Positions 1 to 10,635 of a DNA stretch of 64,000 nt are shown piece after piece. The DNA is from Armatimonadota bacterium (GTDB taxonomy: Bacteria > Vulcanimicrobiota > JACPDS01 > JBDRKI01). The notes under the pieces are model-generated. The model worked only from the letters and a program-made list of their open reading frames with translations. It searched no databases and was not told the DNA's origin. The stretch spans positions 51,598 to 115,597 of the forward strand of contig JBDRKI010000036.1 of assembly GCA_043814095.1 (NCBI GenBank), written 5' to 3'. A program made the position numbers and the translations under genes. Numbering within the stretch: position 1 is the stretch's first letter; each line of letters starts with the position of its first letter.

Positions 1-165
1 ATTTAAACTTTCCATGGTGCACCTCTGTAATCATTAATAAATAATAGTATACCTGGATAATATATTAATAGTCAAGGCAAATCTTGCTGAATTTTGCCAT
101 ATAAAGAAATAAAAAAAAGATAAAAAAAGGATTATAGGACATAAAAATAGTAAATAATACTCAGT

Positions 166-705
166 ATGAAAAAAAATCTTGATTTAAACGGAATTTTTAA
201 TACGGAAGATATAACCCAGAAGCTGGTTAACCATATTAATATAGATGGTAAATCTTATGATATAAGCGGTCTTACAATGGAAGAAAGAGCCAGCCTGCGT
301 ACTTATCTGGATAAATTCTGCAGCCTTAAAGATGGTTTTTTACTCCCTTTAGAGCAGAGAGAGATAAGAAAGGAAGACTTAGCGTTATATGTTAAGCCCC
401 TTAAAGAAAAATTATCTCTTGCAGTAAATACGAAGGATCCGGGTGAGCTGGAAACACTGTCTAATGACGGAAGTACAGATAAAAATGGCAGGCAGGTTGT
501 TAAAATAAAAGTTATATCTAATCAATGTACACCGCCTGAGGTTTTAACAGAGCTTTCTTTCCAGCTTGATAGAGATATAGTTCTGGCTCTGGCGGGGAAT
601 GAGAATACCCCCGGTGAAGTATTGGCTCGTCTGCATAAACTATATATATATAATGAACAGATTAAAAATATGATTGAAAATAATCCAAATTACAAAAAGA
701 GGTAA
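166..705 (+). CDS. Hypothetical protein with C-terminal leucine-rich-repeat-variant (LRV)-like helical repeats
   Basis: 179 aa ORF; repeats NQCTPPEVLTELS and NENTPGEVLARL match the LRV 'NPxTPxEVLxxL' pattern. Confidence 0.55.
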   Translation: MKKNLDLNGIFNTEDITQKLVNHINIDGKSYDISGLTMEERASLRTYLDKFCSLKDGFLLPLEQREIRKEDLALYVKPLKEKLSLAVNTKDPGELETLSNDGSTDKNGRQVVKIKVISNQCTPPEVLTELSFQLDRDIVLALAGNENTPGEVLARLHKLYIYNEQIKNMIENNPNYKKR

Positions 706-710
706 GAAAT

Positions 711-2537
711 ATGCAGGATACTTACAAAAGCAACAGGCTTATTACACAGGAAGACATAAAGAAAATGTGGAGAGCTAACCCGCAGTTCCGTAAGCTGTTA
801 AAGAGAAGTAAAACTCTTGAAGATGCAAGGCAGAAAATCCGCGTCTATATAAATGAATGTCTGGAATATCTGTTTTCAACCGAGTGCCACCTCCATACTA
901 TGGAAAAAGTAAATGCAAGAGAATGCGCGAGGGCTCTTAGAAATATAACCTCGCCTATAAGCGAGAAAAGAACGGGATTCAGCTCCCTGGAAGTTTTATG
1001 GAAGATTGCAAGAGGAAAACAGGATGAGATAAAAGATGAAATAAAGCTGGGATTTGTAAAAGAGTTTGAACATTTATTTAAAGGTCTTATCGGCAAATCA
1101 GGCATATATGATGAAGAAAGCGATATAGATAAAGCTCTTGCTCATGCTCAAGGAAGGGATGCCGCAGTTATCCGCTCTAAGATTCTTGATAAAATGTCGG
1201 CCAATATTCAGAAGTATATAAAAAAATATCCTTCAGGTCTTAAATCAGCTATTGTTAAAAATAGAAAAGAAAACGTAAAAAGAATATGTGAATATTTCGG
1301 CGCGTCTGAAGCAGACTGGAATGACTACAAGTGGCAGCTGAAACATGTTGTAAAAGACGCGGAGATTTTATCTAAATTAATAGACCTTACTCCCGAAGAA
1401 GAAAAAGCGGTAAGGCTTGCCAAAGAATATAAAATTCCGTTCGGCATTACCCCTTATTATATCTCTCTTATGGATAAAGATACTTCAAGAAAATATGATC
1501 ATGCTGTAAGGGCGCAGGTTATACCCCCCCTTTATTATGTTGAAAGAATGAAGATGAACAGGGAAGACAGGAAAGAAGAACTGGATTTTATGGGCGAAGC
1601 CGACACATCCCCGATTGACCTTGTAACAAGAAGATATCCCCAGATAGCCATCTTTAAACCTTATAATACATGCGCGCAGATATGCGTATACTGCCAGAGA
1701 AACTGGGAGATAGATGAATGCATGTCTCCTCAGGCACTATGCTCGCGCGAGCAGATGGAAAAAGCGATAGAATGGTTCAGAACCCATCCCAGGGTTACGG
1801 AAGTTTTGATAACGGGCGGGGACCCTCTTGTTATGCAGGATGAATTAATTGATGAAATTTTAAGCAAGTTCGCGAAGATAAAGCACATAGAAAGAATACG
1901 TATAGGCAGCCGCGCGCCTGTCGTACTTCCGATGAGGTTTACAAAAAACCTTATTAATATTATGAAAAAGCACAATAAAACGGGAAAAAGGGAAGTATGC
2001 CTTGTTACTCATTTTGAACATCCCTATGAGGTAACACCCGAGAGCGGCAAAGCCTGTTTAAAAGTTAAAAAAGCGGGGTTAAGCATATATAACCAGCAGG
2101 TATTTACCCTTGAGAACTGCAGGAAATTTGAGACAGTTGCACTCCGCAAATCCCTGCGCTCTATAGGCGTTGATCCATACTATACTTTCAATGCAAAAGG
2201 CAAAGAAGAAACGAGGCATTACAGGGTGCCTATAGCAAGAATCCTTCAGGAGAGAAAAGAAGGAGCCCGCCTAGTTTCAGGCCTGGTAAGGACCGATGAG
2301 CCTGTATTTAATATACCGAAACTGGGCAAGAATCATTTAAGAGCTCTCCAGGACCATAAAGTTATAATGATAAAACCCAGCGGGGCAAGAGTTTATGAAT
2401 TTCACCCATGGGAGAAGAATATAACTTTAACTTCATCTTATGATTATGAAGATATTCCCATAATTGAATTTTTAGAAGAGATGGAAAAAAGGGGAGAAAA
2501 GGTTAAGGATTATAAAACTATATGGTACTATTTTTAA
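711..2537 (+). CDS. KamA-family radical SAM protein (lysine 2,3-aminomutase-like, long form)
   Basis: CAQICVYC radical SAM motif, EVLITGGDP, IERIRIGSR, THFEHP, WNDYKWQL; about 200 aa N-terminal extension. Confidence 0.85.
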   Translation: MQDTYKSNRLITQEDIKKMWRANPQFRKLLKRSKTLEDARQKIRVYINECLEYLFSTECHLHTMEKVNARECARALRNITSPISEKRTGFSSLEVLWKIARGKQDEIKDEIKLGFVKEFEHLFKGLIGKSGIYDEESDIDKALAHAQGRDAAVIRSKILDKMSANIQKYIKKYPSGLKSAIVKNRKENVKRICEYFGASEADWNDYKWQLKHVVKDAEILSKLIDLTPEEEKAVRLAKEYKIPFGITPYYISLMDKDTSRKYDHAVRAQVIPPLYYVERMKMNREDRKEELDFMGEADTSPIDLVTRRYPQIAIFKPYNTCAQICVYCQRNWEIDECMSPQALCSREQMEKAIEWFRTHPRVTEVLITGGDPLVMQDELIDEILSKFAKIKHIERIRIGSRAPVVLPMRFTKNLINIMKKHNKTGKREVCLVTHFEHPYEVTPESGKACLKVKKAGLSIYNQQVFTLENCRKFETVALRKSLRSIGVDPYYTFNAKGKEETRHYRVPIARILQERKEGARLVSGLVRTDEPVFNIPKLGKNHLRALQDHKVIMIKPSGARVYEFHPWEKNITLTSSYDYEDIPIIEFLEEMEKRGEKVKDYKTIWYYF

Positions 2538-2558
2538 TATAAAAATAATAAATTTTAA

Positions 2559-2584
2559 AGGAAAAATAAAAAAAAATAGAGAAC
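2559..2584 (+). promoter_or_regulatory. SigH-like promoter (AGGA-N18-GAAC)
   Basis: AGGA at 2559, 18-nt spacer, GAAC at 2581, upstream of GTG 2643. Confidence 0.35.
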
Positions 2585-2642
2585 TTATTATTAAAATTAA
2601 ATAACAATATTTTTTTAAATATCAATTAAGGGGGTATTCTCC

Positions 2643-4781
2643 GTGAAAAAAAATATTTTACTATGGCTGATTGTTCTATTTGTTTTTTCCGGTATGGTTT
2701 TTTCCATTAACGGATGTGCAGGGATTGCAAGTACTGTTTTAACAGCTTCAGGTACAACAGGGGGGAGCCTTTTATGCCGTGTTCTTGTACCTGTTGCCAG
2801 AGATAAAGCAGAAACCAGGGCGGGCTACCAACCCTTACAAGGAGCCCGGGTATCTGTTGTGGGTTTGAATAAATATGCTATAACTGATCATAATGGTGAT
2901 GCTGTAATTAACGGTGTTCCCGGGGGAACATATAATGTTACCGTAGGCAAAGACGGTTATGAGACCCTCACCTATACGGGCGTTAGCGTTAATAATACGG
3001 CAAGCACCAGAGTTGGATCTTCGAATGGTGTTGATATAACTACTTCATCTGATCCCGGCATTCTGGATTTAAGTTCTTCAAGCGGGCAGGTAGGTACGCC
3101 CGTAACAATTACAGGTACTAATTTCGGGGCATCACAGGGAACCTCAACCGTAACATTTAACAGCACAGAAGCAACCGTAACCAGCTGGTCCAGCACTTCT
3201 ATAAGATGTACGGTACCCGGTGGTGCTACAACAGGAAATGTTATTGTTACGGTAGATTCTACTGCAAGTAATTCCGTAGCGTTTACAGTTTCTGAAGCTG
3301 GAGAAGCCGGTTCTCCCAGTATTACAAGCCTTACTCCGACAAGCGGGGAAGTAGGGGATTCAGTTACAATAGCCGGAGAGAATTTCGGTTCTTCCCAGGG
3401 CTCGTCAACTGTATCTTTTAACGGTACAGAGTCTACTTCCATAACAAGCTGGTCAGATACCCAGATTGTGTGTACCGTACCTACAGGCGCTACAAGCGGC
3501 AGTGTGTTTGTAACTGTAGATGGTACTTCTTCAAATGGTTCTACTTTCACTGTTGAAAGCGGTGGCGGGGGAAGTGTGACTCCTTGGGTGAAGTCATGGG
3601 GCGCGGCAGGAGTTCATGAATATGCCAGAGCGGTTACAAGAGACAGCTCTAATAATGTTTATGTAACAGGAGATGTTGGGGGGCAGATATTAACTATAAA
3701 ATATGATAGCTCAGGCGATATTACCTGGAAAAAGAAATATACGGGTGCCGGCACAAGCAATATAGGCTACGGCATAGCTGTTGATTCTTCAGGTAATGTA
3801 TATGTAACCGGGAGATTTGAAAGCGAGTTAATTCTTATAAAATATGATAGTGACGGAGATGTTGACTGGGCTAAGAAGTGGGGAGGAGCAAGTACCGATA
3901 TCGGTTTCGGAGTTGCTCTTGATAGTTCCGGTAATATTTATGTTGTCGGTAAATATTACTACAGTGTGGCAAGCAAGAATTATCTGGCACTTTTAAAATT
4001 TAATTCAGACGGAGATCTTTCATTTGCCAAAGTCTGGAAGGATAAAATAGGTACTAGTAATGTAGCTATAGATATAGATGGCTCTGATAATATCTATATA
4101 GCCGCAGATACGCAGGCATTTTCTGTCTGGACGGATATTCTTCTTTTAAAGTGTAACACCGATGGTGATCTCGATATGCAGAAAACCTGGAGCTCTTCAG
4201 TTGAGGGTCTTGGTTTCGGCAATGCTATAGCGGCAGATTCTTCAGGTAATGTTTATGTTGTCGGGACCTCAAATGGCGCGGAAGGAAACCCGTTTGCGGG
4301 GGTGCTCGTGAAATTTACGGACGGTCTCGATAATTACGGCGGAAGTGTTGCCTGGGATGTTAACGGTACATCTGAGAGATTTAACGGAGTAGATGTAGAT
4401 GGTTCCGGATATGTTTATACCGTAGGATACATTGATAATTATACTACGGCTTGTTATGTAAAATACAGCAGTGCCGGAGCGGTACTGGCAGAAAGCGCTT
4501 GGGGTGGTTCACGTGATGATAATTTTGATGCAGTGGAAGTAGACAGTTCAGGCAACATGTTTATTGCCGGTTATACAAAAAGCGCAGCTCCGGGCTGGAT
4601 AGGGGTTACAAAATCTACGCCTGCTATTGTGGGCGAGGTAACAGTAAGAGCTACCGACTGGGGTGCTGCAGCAGGAGCTAGTTTAGCTCCGGGCGCCGGT
4701 GAGAGCAGTATTCCCGACGGTTCTACGGGTTATCCTTCGGATAATTATGCTAATACTGTTACTGCGGTAGTTACTCCTTAA
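2643..4781 (+). CDS. Exported/lipoprotein with carboxypeptidase-regulatory-like domain, two IPT/TIG domains and SBBP-type beta-propeller repeats
   Basis: Hydrophobic signal ending INGC; two 'SGxVGxxVTIxGxNFGxSQGxSTVxFN' IPT repeats; several 'IAVDSSGNVYVTG' propeller repeats. Confidence 0.8.
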   Translation: MKKNILLWLIVLFVFSGMVFSINGCAGIASTVLTASGTTGGSLLCRVLVPVARDKAETRAGYQPLQGARVSVVGLNKYAITDHNGDAVINGVPGGTYNVTVGKDGYETLTYTGVSVNNTASTRVGSSNGVDITTSSDPGILDLSSSSGQVGTPVTITGTNFGASQGTSTVTFNSTEATVTSWSSTSIRCTVPGGATTGNVIVTVDSTASNSVAFTVSEAGEAGSPSITSLTPTSGEVGDSVTIAGENFGSSQGSSTVSFNGTESTSITSWSDTQIVCTVPTGATSGSVFVTVDGTSSNGSTFTVESGGGGSVTPWVKSWGAAGVHEYARAVTRDSSNNVYVTGDVGGQILTIKYDSSGDITWKKKYTGAGTSNIGYGIAVDSSGNVYVTGRFESELILIKYDSDGDVDWAKKWGGASTDIGFGVALDSSGNIYVVGKYYYSVASKNYLALLKFNSDGDLSFAKVWKDKIGTSNVAIDIDGSDNIYIAADTQAFSVWTDILLLKCNTDGDLDMQKTWSSSVEGLGFGNAIAADSSGNVYVVGTSNGAEGNPFAGVLVKFTDGLDNYGGSVAWDVNGTSERFNGVDVDGSGYVYTVGYIDNYTTACYVKYSSAGAVLAESAWGGSRDDNFDAVEVDSSGNMFIAGYTKSAAPGWIGVTKSTPAIVGEVTVRATDWGAAAGASLAPGAGESSIPDGSTGYPSDNYANTVTAVVTP

Positions 4782-4802
4782 TAATATAAGGGAATTATAT
4801 AT

Positions 4803-4838
4803 AAAGGGCGGTTTATTTCCTAATAAGCCGTCCTTTTA
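4803..4838 (+). terminator. Intrinsic terminator
   Basis: AAAGGGCGGTTTATT...AATAAGCCGTCCTTTT hairpin downstream of stop 4781. Confidence 0.65.
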
Positions 4839-4942
4839 TAATTATATATATTATAGGAAGAAAGTAGAAAAGAGCAGGTAAAAAGAAGGAATAAGAAAAA
4901 AGAAGGAAAAATTAATTCTACTTAAGAATATTTTGCCTGAAC

Positions 4943-4970
4943 TTGATTTTTTATTTTTAATATGTATAAT
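4943..4970 (+). promoter_or_regulatory. Sigma70-type promoter of hydrogenase operon
   Basis: TTGATT-N16-TATAAT, followed by AGGAG RBS and ATG 5030. Confidence 0.55.
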
Positions 4971-5029
4971 AGTGATACTTGTCTTTTTTTAAGTATTAAT
5001 AATATATTAATTAGGAGAAAGGTAGAATT

Positions 5030-6475
5030 ATGAACACACAAGCTTTAATTTTACTGATTGTCTTTATTCCAGTCCTCGGTTCACTTATTCTTCCCCTTCT
5101 TGGCAGACTCTCACCCCGTCTCAGAAACATATGCAGCTTGATCTTTGTATCGGCTTCATTCGTGTTCTCGCTTATGCTGATCCCCCACATTAACGCCGGT
5201 GAACCTGCAACAATAAGGTTCAATTTTTTATTCGGGCAGGAGCTTTTCCATGCCGATAAGCTGGCAATTTTTATGGCGCTTGTATCAACACTGGTAGGCG
5301 CCATTATTGTTCTGTATTCATTCGGGTATATTAATCCTTATAAGAACCAGAATGAATACTACTTTATGGTTGTGCTCTTCTTGGGTTCAATGATGGGAAT
5401 AGTTTTCTCGTCAAACCTAATAATTCTCTTCCTTTTCTGGGAGATAACAGCCATAGCATGCTGGAGGCTGATAGGTTTCTTCAGGACTCCCAATGATGTT
5501 GTAAGAGCCGATAAAGCGTTCCTGGTAACAGTATTTGGTGCTCTTGTCATGTTATTGGGCTTTTTTGTGGTATACCAGCAGACAGGCACATTTGATCTTC
5601 TGGCCATAAAACAGCATCTTTTAAACGGCCATATTTCAAATTTAGCTATTTTCCTTATACTCTTCGGTATATTATCTAAGTCAGCTACACTGCCTCTGCA
5701 TACATGGCTGCCTGACGCAGGTGTCGCGCCGTCACCGGTAACGGCATTGCTGCACGCCGCTGTTCTTGTTAAGATCGGCGTTTATGTGTTTGCAAGATTG
5801 TTTGTAATGACTATACCGATAGAAGTTATGTGGCATGAAATTGTGCCGTGGATAGCCGGTATAAGCGCTATTGTTGCGGCAGGCGCGGCTTTAATAGATA
5901 CCGATATGAAAAGAATCATTGCTTATTCAACAATAAGCCAGATAGGATACATCTTTTTAGGGCTTGCGATAGGAAATCCCATAGGAATTGCAGGCGGGCT
6001 TCTATATATATTAATGCACGGTCTTGCAAAAGGAGGCCTCTTCTTATGCGCGGGCATTGTTGAACAGAAAACCCATGTAAAAGATATAACAAAACTGGGC
6101 GGACTTATAACGGTTATGCCCATAACCGCCATATCGTTCCTTTTCTGTGCGTTATCGGTAATGGGAATACCGCCTTTCGGAGGATTCTTCAGTAAATATA
6201 TGGTTATTACAAGCGCGGCAAACGCTAAGGATTTATTCATAGCTCTTACGTTTGTTGTCGGCGCCTTTTTAACTATTATATACCTCTTCCGCCTGTTTAA
6301 TTCAATATTTATGGGAGATATAAAAGTGAAATCGGAAAAAGAAGGCACCCCGGGTATGGTTTTCAGCGTGGCGGCACTGGCAGTGCTCTCACTGCTTGCG
6401 GGCGTCTTTATAAATTATTCTTCAGACTTTGTTCAGTCAATAGTGAATGAAGTTTCTAAGGTGGTGTTAAGATGA
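5030..6475 (+). CDS. Membrane-bound hydrogenase antiporter-like subunit (NuoL/MrpA-D family)
   Basis: Multi-TM; FLFWE, KSATLPLHTWLPDA, PSPVTALLHAA, KRIIAYSTISQIGY. Confidence 0.85.
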   Translation: MNTQALILLIVFIPVLGSLILPLLGRLSPRLRNICSLIFVSASFVFSLMLIPHINAGEPATIRFNFLFGQELFHADKLAIFMALVSTLVGAIIVLYSFGYINPYKNQNEYYFMVVLFLGSMMGIVFSSNLIILFLFWEITAIACWRLIGFFRTPNDVVRADKAFLVTVFGALVMLLGFFVVYQQTGTFDLLAIKQHLLNGHISNLAIFLILFGILSKSATLPLHTWLPDAGVAPSPVTALLHAAVLVKIGVYVFARLFVMTIPIEVMWHEIVPWIAGISAIVAAGAALIDTDMKRIIAYSTISQIGYIFLGLAIGNPIGIAGGLLYILMHGLAKGGLFLCAGIVEQKTHVKDITKLGGLITVMPITAISFLFCALSVMGIPPFGGFFSKYMVITSAANAKDLFIALTFVVGAFLTIIYLFRLFNSIFMGDIKVKSEKEGTPGMVFSVAALAVLSLLAGVFINYSSDFVQSIVNEVSKVVLR

Positions 6476-8316
6476 GCTCAAGCATTTTACTATATCTTAT
6501 ATTATTACCTGTAATAGCGGCTGTTGCTGTTCTTCTTTTAAATAAGGTTAAATATATAAAAGAAGCGATAGCCCTTATTGTAACAGCTGCTGTTTTAGCC
6601 GCAGTGATAATGATCTTTAACAAAGATATGACGCATTGTGTACGCTGGTGCGGTTTCGGGCTGGAGATGTCGCTGCGTAATTACAATTTCAGCAGTTTTA
6701 TAATGCTCTTCGGCGCGGGATTCGCGTTTCTTATAGCTCTGTATTCACTTACATTTATGAAGGGGAAAGAGTACCTTAACCAGTTTTACGCGTACCTTCT
6801 CATAACACTCGGCTTTTTTAACGGGGCTGTATTATCAAATAACCTGGGTTCGCTTGTGTTTTTCTGGGAAGGACTGCTTATAGTGATATTTGGTTTTATC
6901 GTTATAGGCGGCAAACTTTCCTTTAAAACAGCGGTTAAGGCATTTATCATATCCGGTGTAGCGGATATATGCTTCATACTGGGCATAGGTCTTACATATT
7001 ATATTGCCAAAACCCTTACAATCTCAGATATACATATGCAGATTACCACATTAAGCAGTATAGCGTTTATCTTCCTTATAATAGGCGCTGTCGCAAAATC
7101 AGGAGCTATGCCTTTCCACAGCTGGATACCCGATGCGGCCCTCGATGCTCCTCTGCCTTTTATGGCATTTATGCCCGCTTCATTGGACAAGCTTCTGGGC
7201 ATATATTTCTTAACAAGAATAGTTATGGATATTTACCAGCTTAATCCTCACACATGGCTAAGCACGGTACTTATGATTGTGGGCGCTGTTACAATTATAC
7301 TTGCCGTTATGATGGCTCTGGTACAGAAGGATTATAAACGCCTTCTTTCATATCACGCCATCAGCCAGGCAGGCTACATGGTGCTCGGTATAGGTACATG
7401 CCTGCCTGTCGGTATTATCGGCGGTATATTCCATATGGTAAATAATGCATTATATAAATGCGGGTTGTTCTTAACAGGCGGCGCTGTTGAAAAACAGACC
7501 GGCACAACCGACCTTAAGAAGCTCGGCGGTCTCGCAAAGTTCATGCCGATAACATGTATATGCTTCCTTATAACAGCGTTCTCAATATCCGGGTTCCCGG
7601 GAACCAACGGATTTTTCTCTAAAGAGCTGGTATATGAAGCCGCTCTGGATAGAGGATGGATATATTACGCGGCGGCGCTTGTGGGAACTTTCTTAACAGC
7701 TGCGTCATTTTTAAAGCTCGGTCATGCGGCTTATTATGGTAAAGCCACGGCAGAAACAAAAAAAGCAAAAGAAGTAAACTGGACAATGAGCGTGCCCATG
7801 CTGGTAATAGCGGCGGTTTGTTTACTGTTCGGTCTTTACAACGCGCTCCCGATAAGGGATATGATCCAGCCCATACTGGGAGAGGCCATGCTCCACGGAC
7901 ATAATTACGGAGGGATGCCTACAAGCTGGTTTCTGGTCGGTATGACTGTTATTGCTCTCGGGGCAGCGGTCATAAACCATATTTACGGCGTAAAGAAATC
8001 AGGATCGGGGCTCGGCGCTTCAGATCATATACATAACGCGCCTATTCTTTCCGGTATTTACGCTAAAGCGGAAAAAAGATATTTTGACCCTTACGATATA
8101 GGGCTTAAGATAGTTGATGTTATAGCGAATATATCCTGGTATATAGACAGAGCTATAGACTGGATATACGAGAAACTTGCGGTAACGGTAACTTTTTCGT
8201 TATCGCATCTTGTGAGAAGATTTCAGACAGGCAACTATACCGCGTATCTTTTATGGTGTATAGCGGGAGTTATAGTTGTTGTCTGGGCATTTTTTAGAAT
8301 GACTTATAATATATAA
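6472..8316 (+). CDS. Membrane-bound hydrogenase antiporter-like subunit (NuoL/MrpA-like, long C-terminus)
   Basis: FFWE, KSGAMPFHSWIPDA, KRLLSYHAISQAGY, GFFSKE; C-terminal 'RRFQTGNYTAY' as in NuoL. Confidence 0.85.
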   Translation: MSSSILLYLILLPVIAAVAVLLLNKVKYIKEAIALIVTAAVLAAVIMIFNKDMTHCVRWCGFGLEMSLRNYNFSSFIMLFGAGFAFLIALYSLTFMKGKEYLNQFYAYLLITLGFFNGAVLSNNLGSLVFFWEGLLIVIFGFIVIGGKLSFKTAVKAFIISGVADICFILGIGLTYYIAKTLTISDIHMQITTLSSIAFIFLIIGAVAKSGAMPFHSWIPDAALDAPLPFMAFMPASLDKLLGIYFLTRIVMDIYQLNPHTWLSTVLMIVGAVTIILAVMMALVQKDYKRLLSYHAISQAGYMVLGIGTCLPVGIIGGIFHMVNNALYKCGLFLTGGAVEKQTGTTDLKKLGGLAKFMPITCICFLITAFSISGFPGTNGFFSKELVYEAALDRGWIYYAAALVGTFLTAASFLKLGHAAYYGKATAETKKAKEVNWTMSVPMLVIAAVCLLFGLYNALPIRDMIQPILGEAMLHGHNYGGMPTSWFLVGMTVIALGAAVINHIYGVKKSGSGLGASDHIHNAPILSGIYAKAEKRYFDPYDIGLKIVDVIANISWYIDRAIDWIYEKLAVTVTFSLSHLVRRFQTGNYTAYLLWCIAGVIVVVWAFFRMTYNI

Positions 8317-8334
8317 GAAGAGAGGTTGCGGATT

Positions 8335-9762
8335 ATGGCTTGTTTACTTGTTTTAATACCGTTAGCAGTTATAATACTTCTAAACCTGTTCTTTAGAAAC
8401 GTGAAAAAACTCGGCCTTCTTATGGCGGCCCTGGTTTCTTTAGCGCAGATAGCTGCTGTTTTATTTGTAAGTCCGTATTTCTGGTTTGCAAAGAAGCTGT
8501 GCATCTTCGGTAACAGTTCGATGTTTAATTTTAGTATAACAGGATTAAGTCTTGTTATGATGTTGGCCGCGGGTATAACCGCGTTTGCCGCGGTTATGGT
8601 CGGCATGTATACTATAAAAGATGAGGAACAGCAGTTCAGTTTTTCAAATCTTGTGATTCTCGCTGTTATAGGCATGAACGGGATTGTAATGGTTACTGAT
8701 CTTTTCTCAATGTATGTATTTCTTGAGATAGTTGCGGTAACTTCATTTATCCTTATAGCCCTTAACAGGAATGTAGAGTCGCTTGAAGGCTCGTTTAAAT
8801 ACCTTGTTCTTTCGGCTATAGCCACAATATTGATGCTTGCGGGTATTGCACTGCTCTTCTTAATATCTGGCGGTACTTCATTTATAGCCGTAAAGCAGGC
8901 GTTGTATACGGGCGGTCTTAATAAGATGGCCGCGTTTGCCATATGTCTTTTCCTTGGCGGCTTGTTTATAAAGGGCGGGCTTGTCCCGTTCCACGGATGG
9001 CTGCCTGACGCGTATTCAAGCGCGCCGACATCAGTATCCGTGCTTTTAGCCGGTATAGTTACCAAGACAACGGGCATATATACTATTATAATATTGTTAA
9101 CTTCGGTATTTGTCTTTAATAAACCGATACAGGATATACTTTTATTGATAGGTGCGGTCTCTGTTGTTTTTGGAGCCCTGGCCGCCATTACCCAGAAAGA
9201 TTTCAAAAGAATGCTCGCGTATTCAAGCATAAGCCAGGTCGGCTATATAATTTTAAGTTTAGGAACAGGTACCGCGCTGGGATTTGCGGGTGCGGTATTC
9301 CATATGTTTAATCATGCTATATTTAAATCACAGCTGTTTGTAAATTCAGCGGCTGTTGAAGAGCAGGCAGGCACGGTAGATATAGATAAGATGGGCGGGT
9401 TCGGGCAGAAGATGCCCATTACCGGCTTTACATCCGTTATAGCCTGTCTTTCAACTGCGGGTATACCGCCTTTGGCCGGATTCTGGTCCAAGCTTGTTAT
9501 AATCCTTGCTTTATGGACTTCAGGCCATTTTTTCTATACCGCTGTCGCGGTTATAGCAAGTTTAATAACGCTTGGATATTTTCTGGTGCTCCAGAGGCAT
9601 GTTTTTTTCGGGAAGCTCCGTGAAGGTTTTGAGAACTTAAAGGAAGCCCCCTACGGAATAGCTCTGGCTGCGCTTCTTCTTACGGGCATAACTATCGGGA
9701 TAGGCGTACTTTTCCCGTTTGTTGTAAATACTATTATACTGCCGATAAGCAAAATAATGTAA
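8335..9762 (+). CDS. Membrane-bound hydrogenase antiporter-like subunit (NuoM/N, MrpD family)
   Basis: YVFLE, KGGLVPFHGWLPDAY, KRMLAYSSISQVGY, GIPPLAGFWSK; ATG 8335 follows AGAGG (track start 8326). Confidence 0.85.
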   Translation: MACLLVLIPLAVIILLNLFFRNVKKLGLLMAALVSLAQIAAVLFVSPYFWFAKKLCIFGNSSMFNFSITGLSLVMMLAAGITAFAAVMVGMYTIKDEEQQFSFSNLVILAVIGMNGIVMVTDLFSMYVFLEIVAVTSFILIALNRNVESLEGSFKYLVLSAIATILMLAGIALLFLISGGTSFIAVKQALYTGGLNKMAAFAICLFLGGLFIKGGLVPFHGWLPDAYSSAPTSVSVLLAGIVTKTTGIYTIIILLTSVFVFNKPIQDILLLIGAVSVVFGALAAITQKDFKRMLAYSSISQVGYIILSLGTGTALGFAGAVFHMFNHAIFKSQLFVNSAAVEEQAGTVDIDKMGGFGQKMPITGFTSVIACLSTAGIPPLAGFWSKLVIILALWTSGHFFYTAVAVIASLITLGYFLVLQRHVFFGKLREGFENLKEAPYGIALAALLLTGITIGIGVLFPFVVNTIILPISKIM

Positions 9763-9802
9763 AGATTGAGCCTCGTTTAAAAAATACAAGGAGGTTGTTA
9801 AG

Positions 9803-10309
9803 GTGATAAATATAAACGGAATAAATATAGACGCACTGCTTCTGGTGCTTATGGTCCTGGCTTCACTCTGGGCCGTAATGGCAAGAAGCCTGCTCAAAGC
9901 TGCTATCGCTCTTGCGGTAGTAAGCGCTCTTTTAACAATTGTAATGTTCAGGCTTAATTCGCCTCTGGCGGGTGTGTTTGAGCTTTCTATCTGCGCCGGC
10001 CTTATAACAGCGCTTTTTATAAGCGTTATAAGTTTGACAAACAGAACAACAGTTGCTGAGGAGATGGAGATTACAAAGAAGAGGATACGCAAATACTGGC
10101 TGCTGCCCGTGCTTGTGGTAGTCGCGGGATTTCTTCTTGTTATGGTAAAGATTCCCTTTGATTTCACGCTCCCGGCACCCGCGCTGGATACAAACGTAAA
10201 GCTTGTTTTCTGGAACCTGCGCCTTACCGATCTGCTCGGCCAGATAATAGCCCTGCTTGTCGGTGTTTTCGGCGTTGTAGTTCTTCTGAAGGAGGTAGTT
10301 AAGAAATGA
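9803..10309 (+). CDS. Hydrogenase membrane subunit, NuoJ/MbhD-like
   Basis: About 5 TMs, FELSICAGLI, position in operon. Confidence 0.7.
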   Translation: MININGINIDALLLVLMVLASLWAVMARSLLKAAIALAVVSALLTIVMFRLNSPLAGVFELSICAGLITALFISVISLTNRTTVAEEMEITKKRIRKYWLLPVLVVVAGFLLVMVKIPFDFTLPAPALDTNVKLVFWNLRLTDLLGQIIALLVGVFGVVVLLKEVVKK

Positions 10310-10626
10310 ATTTTGAGATTTCATCCTTTTTCTGGTTTTTTAACATATCCGTCGTACTGCTGTTTATAGCAGGTTTTTACTGCATACTGGTAACTACCAA
10401 CCTTATAAGGGTGCTTATAGGGCTTGAGCTTCTCACAAAAGGGGTAACCCTTTTGATTATACTTGTGGGTTTTGTTACCGGCCGCATGGCGTTTGCTCAG
10501 ACTTTAGCCATAACGCTTATCATTATTGAAGTTGTTGTTATAGCGGTCGGCGCCGGTATTATTGTAAGCGTGTTTAATAAAAATGAATCCTTAGATGTCA
10601 GAAAATTAAGAAAACTGAAAGGTTAG
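10306..10626 (+). CDS. Hydrogenase membrane subunit, NuoK/MrpC-like
   Basis: NLIRVLIGLELL, IIIEVVV, C-terminal LRKLKG. Confidence 0.8.
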   Translation: MNFEISSFFWFFNISVVLLFIAGFYCILVTTNLIRVLIGLELLTKGVTLLIILVGFVTGRMAFAQTLAITLIIIEVVVIAVGAGIIVSVFNKNESLDVRKLRKLKG

Positions 10627-10635
10627 GAGGCAAAA

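Noticed and set aside
1-25. Start of a minus-strand gene (GAGGTG RBS, ATG at 15, MESLN...)
   Set aside because: Only five codons lie in the window, so no product can be assigned
4855-4912. Purine-rich tract before the hydrogenase promoter as an ncRNA
   Set aside because: Low complexity with no pairing potential or recognisable motif
8304-9230. 308-aa antisense ORF and the other short antisense or overlapping ORFs in the track
   Set aside because: They shadow well-supported genes on the opposite strand or frame and have no motifs or RBS
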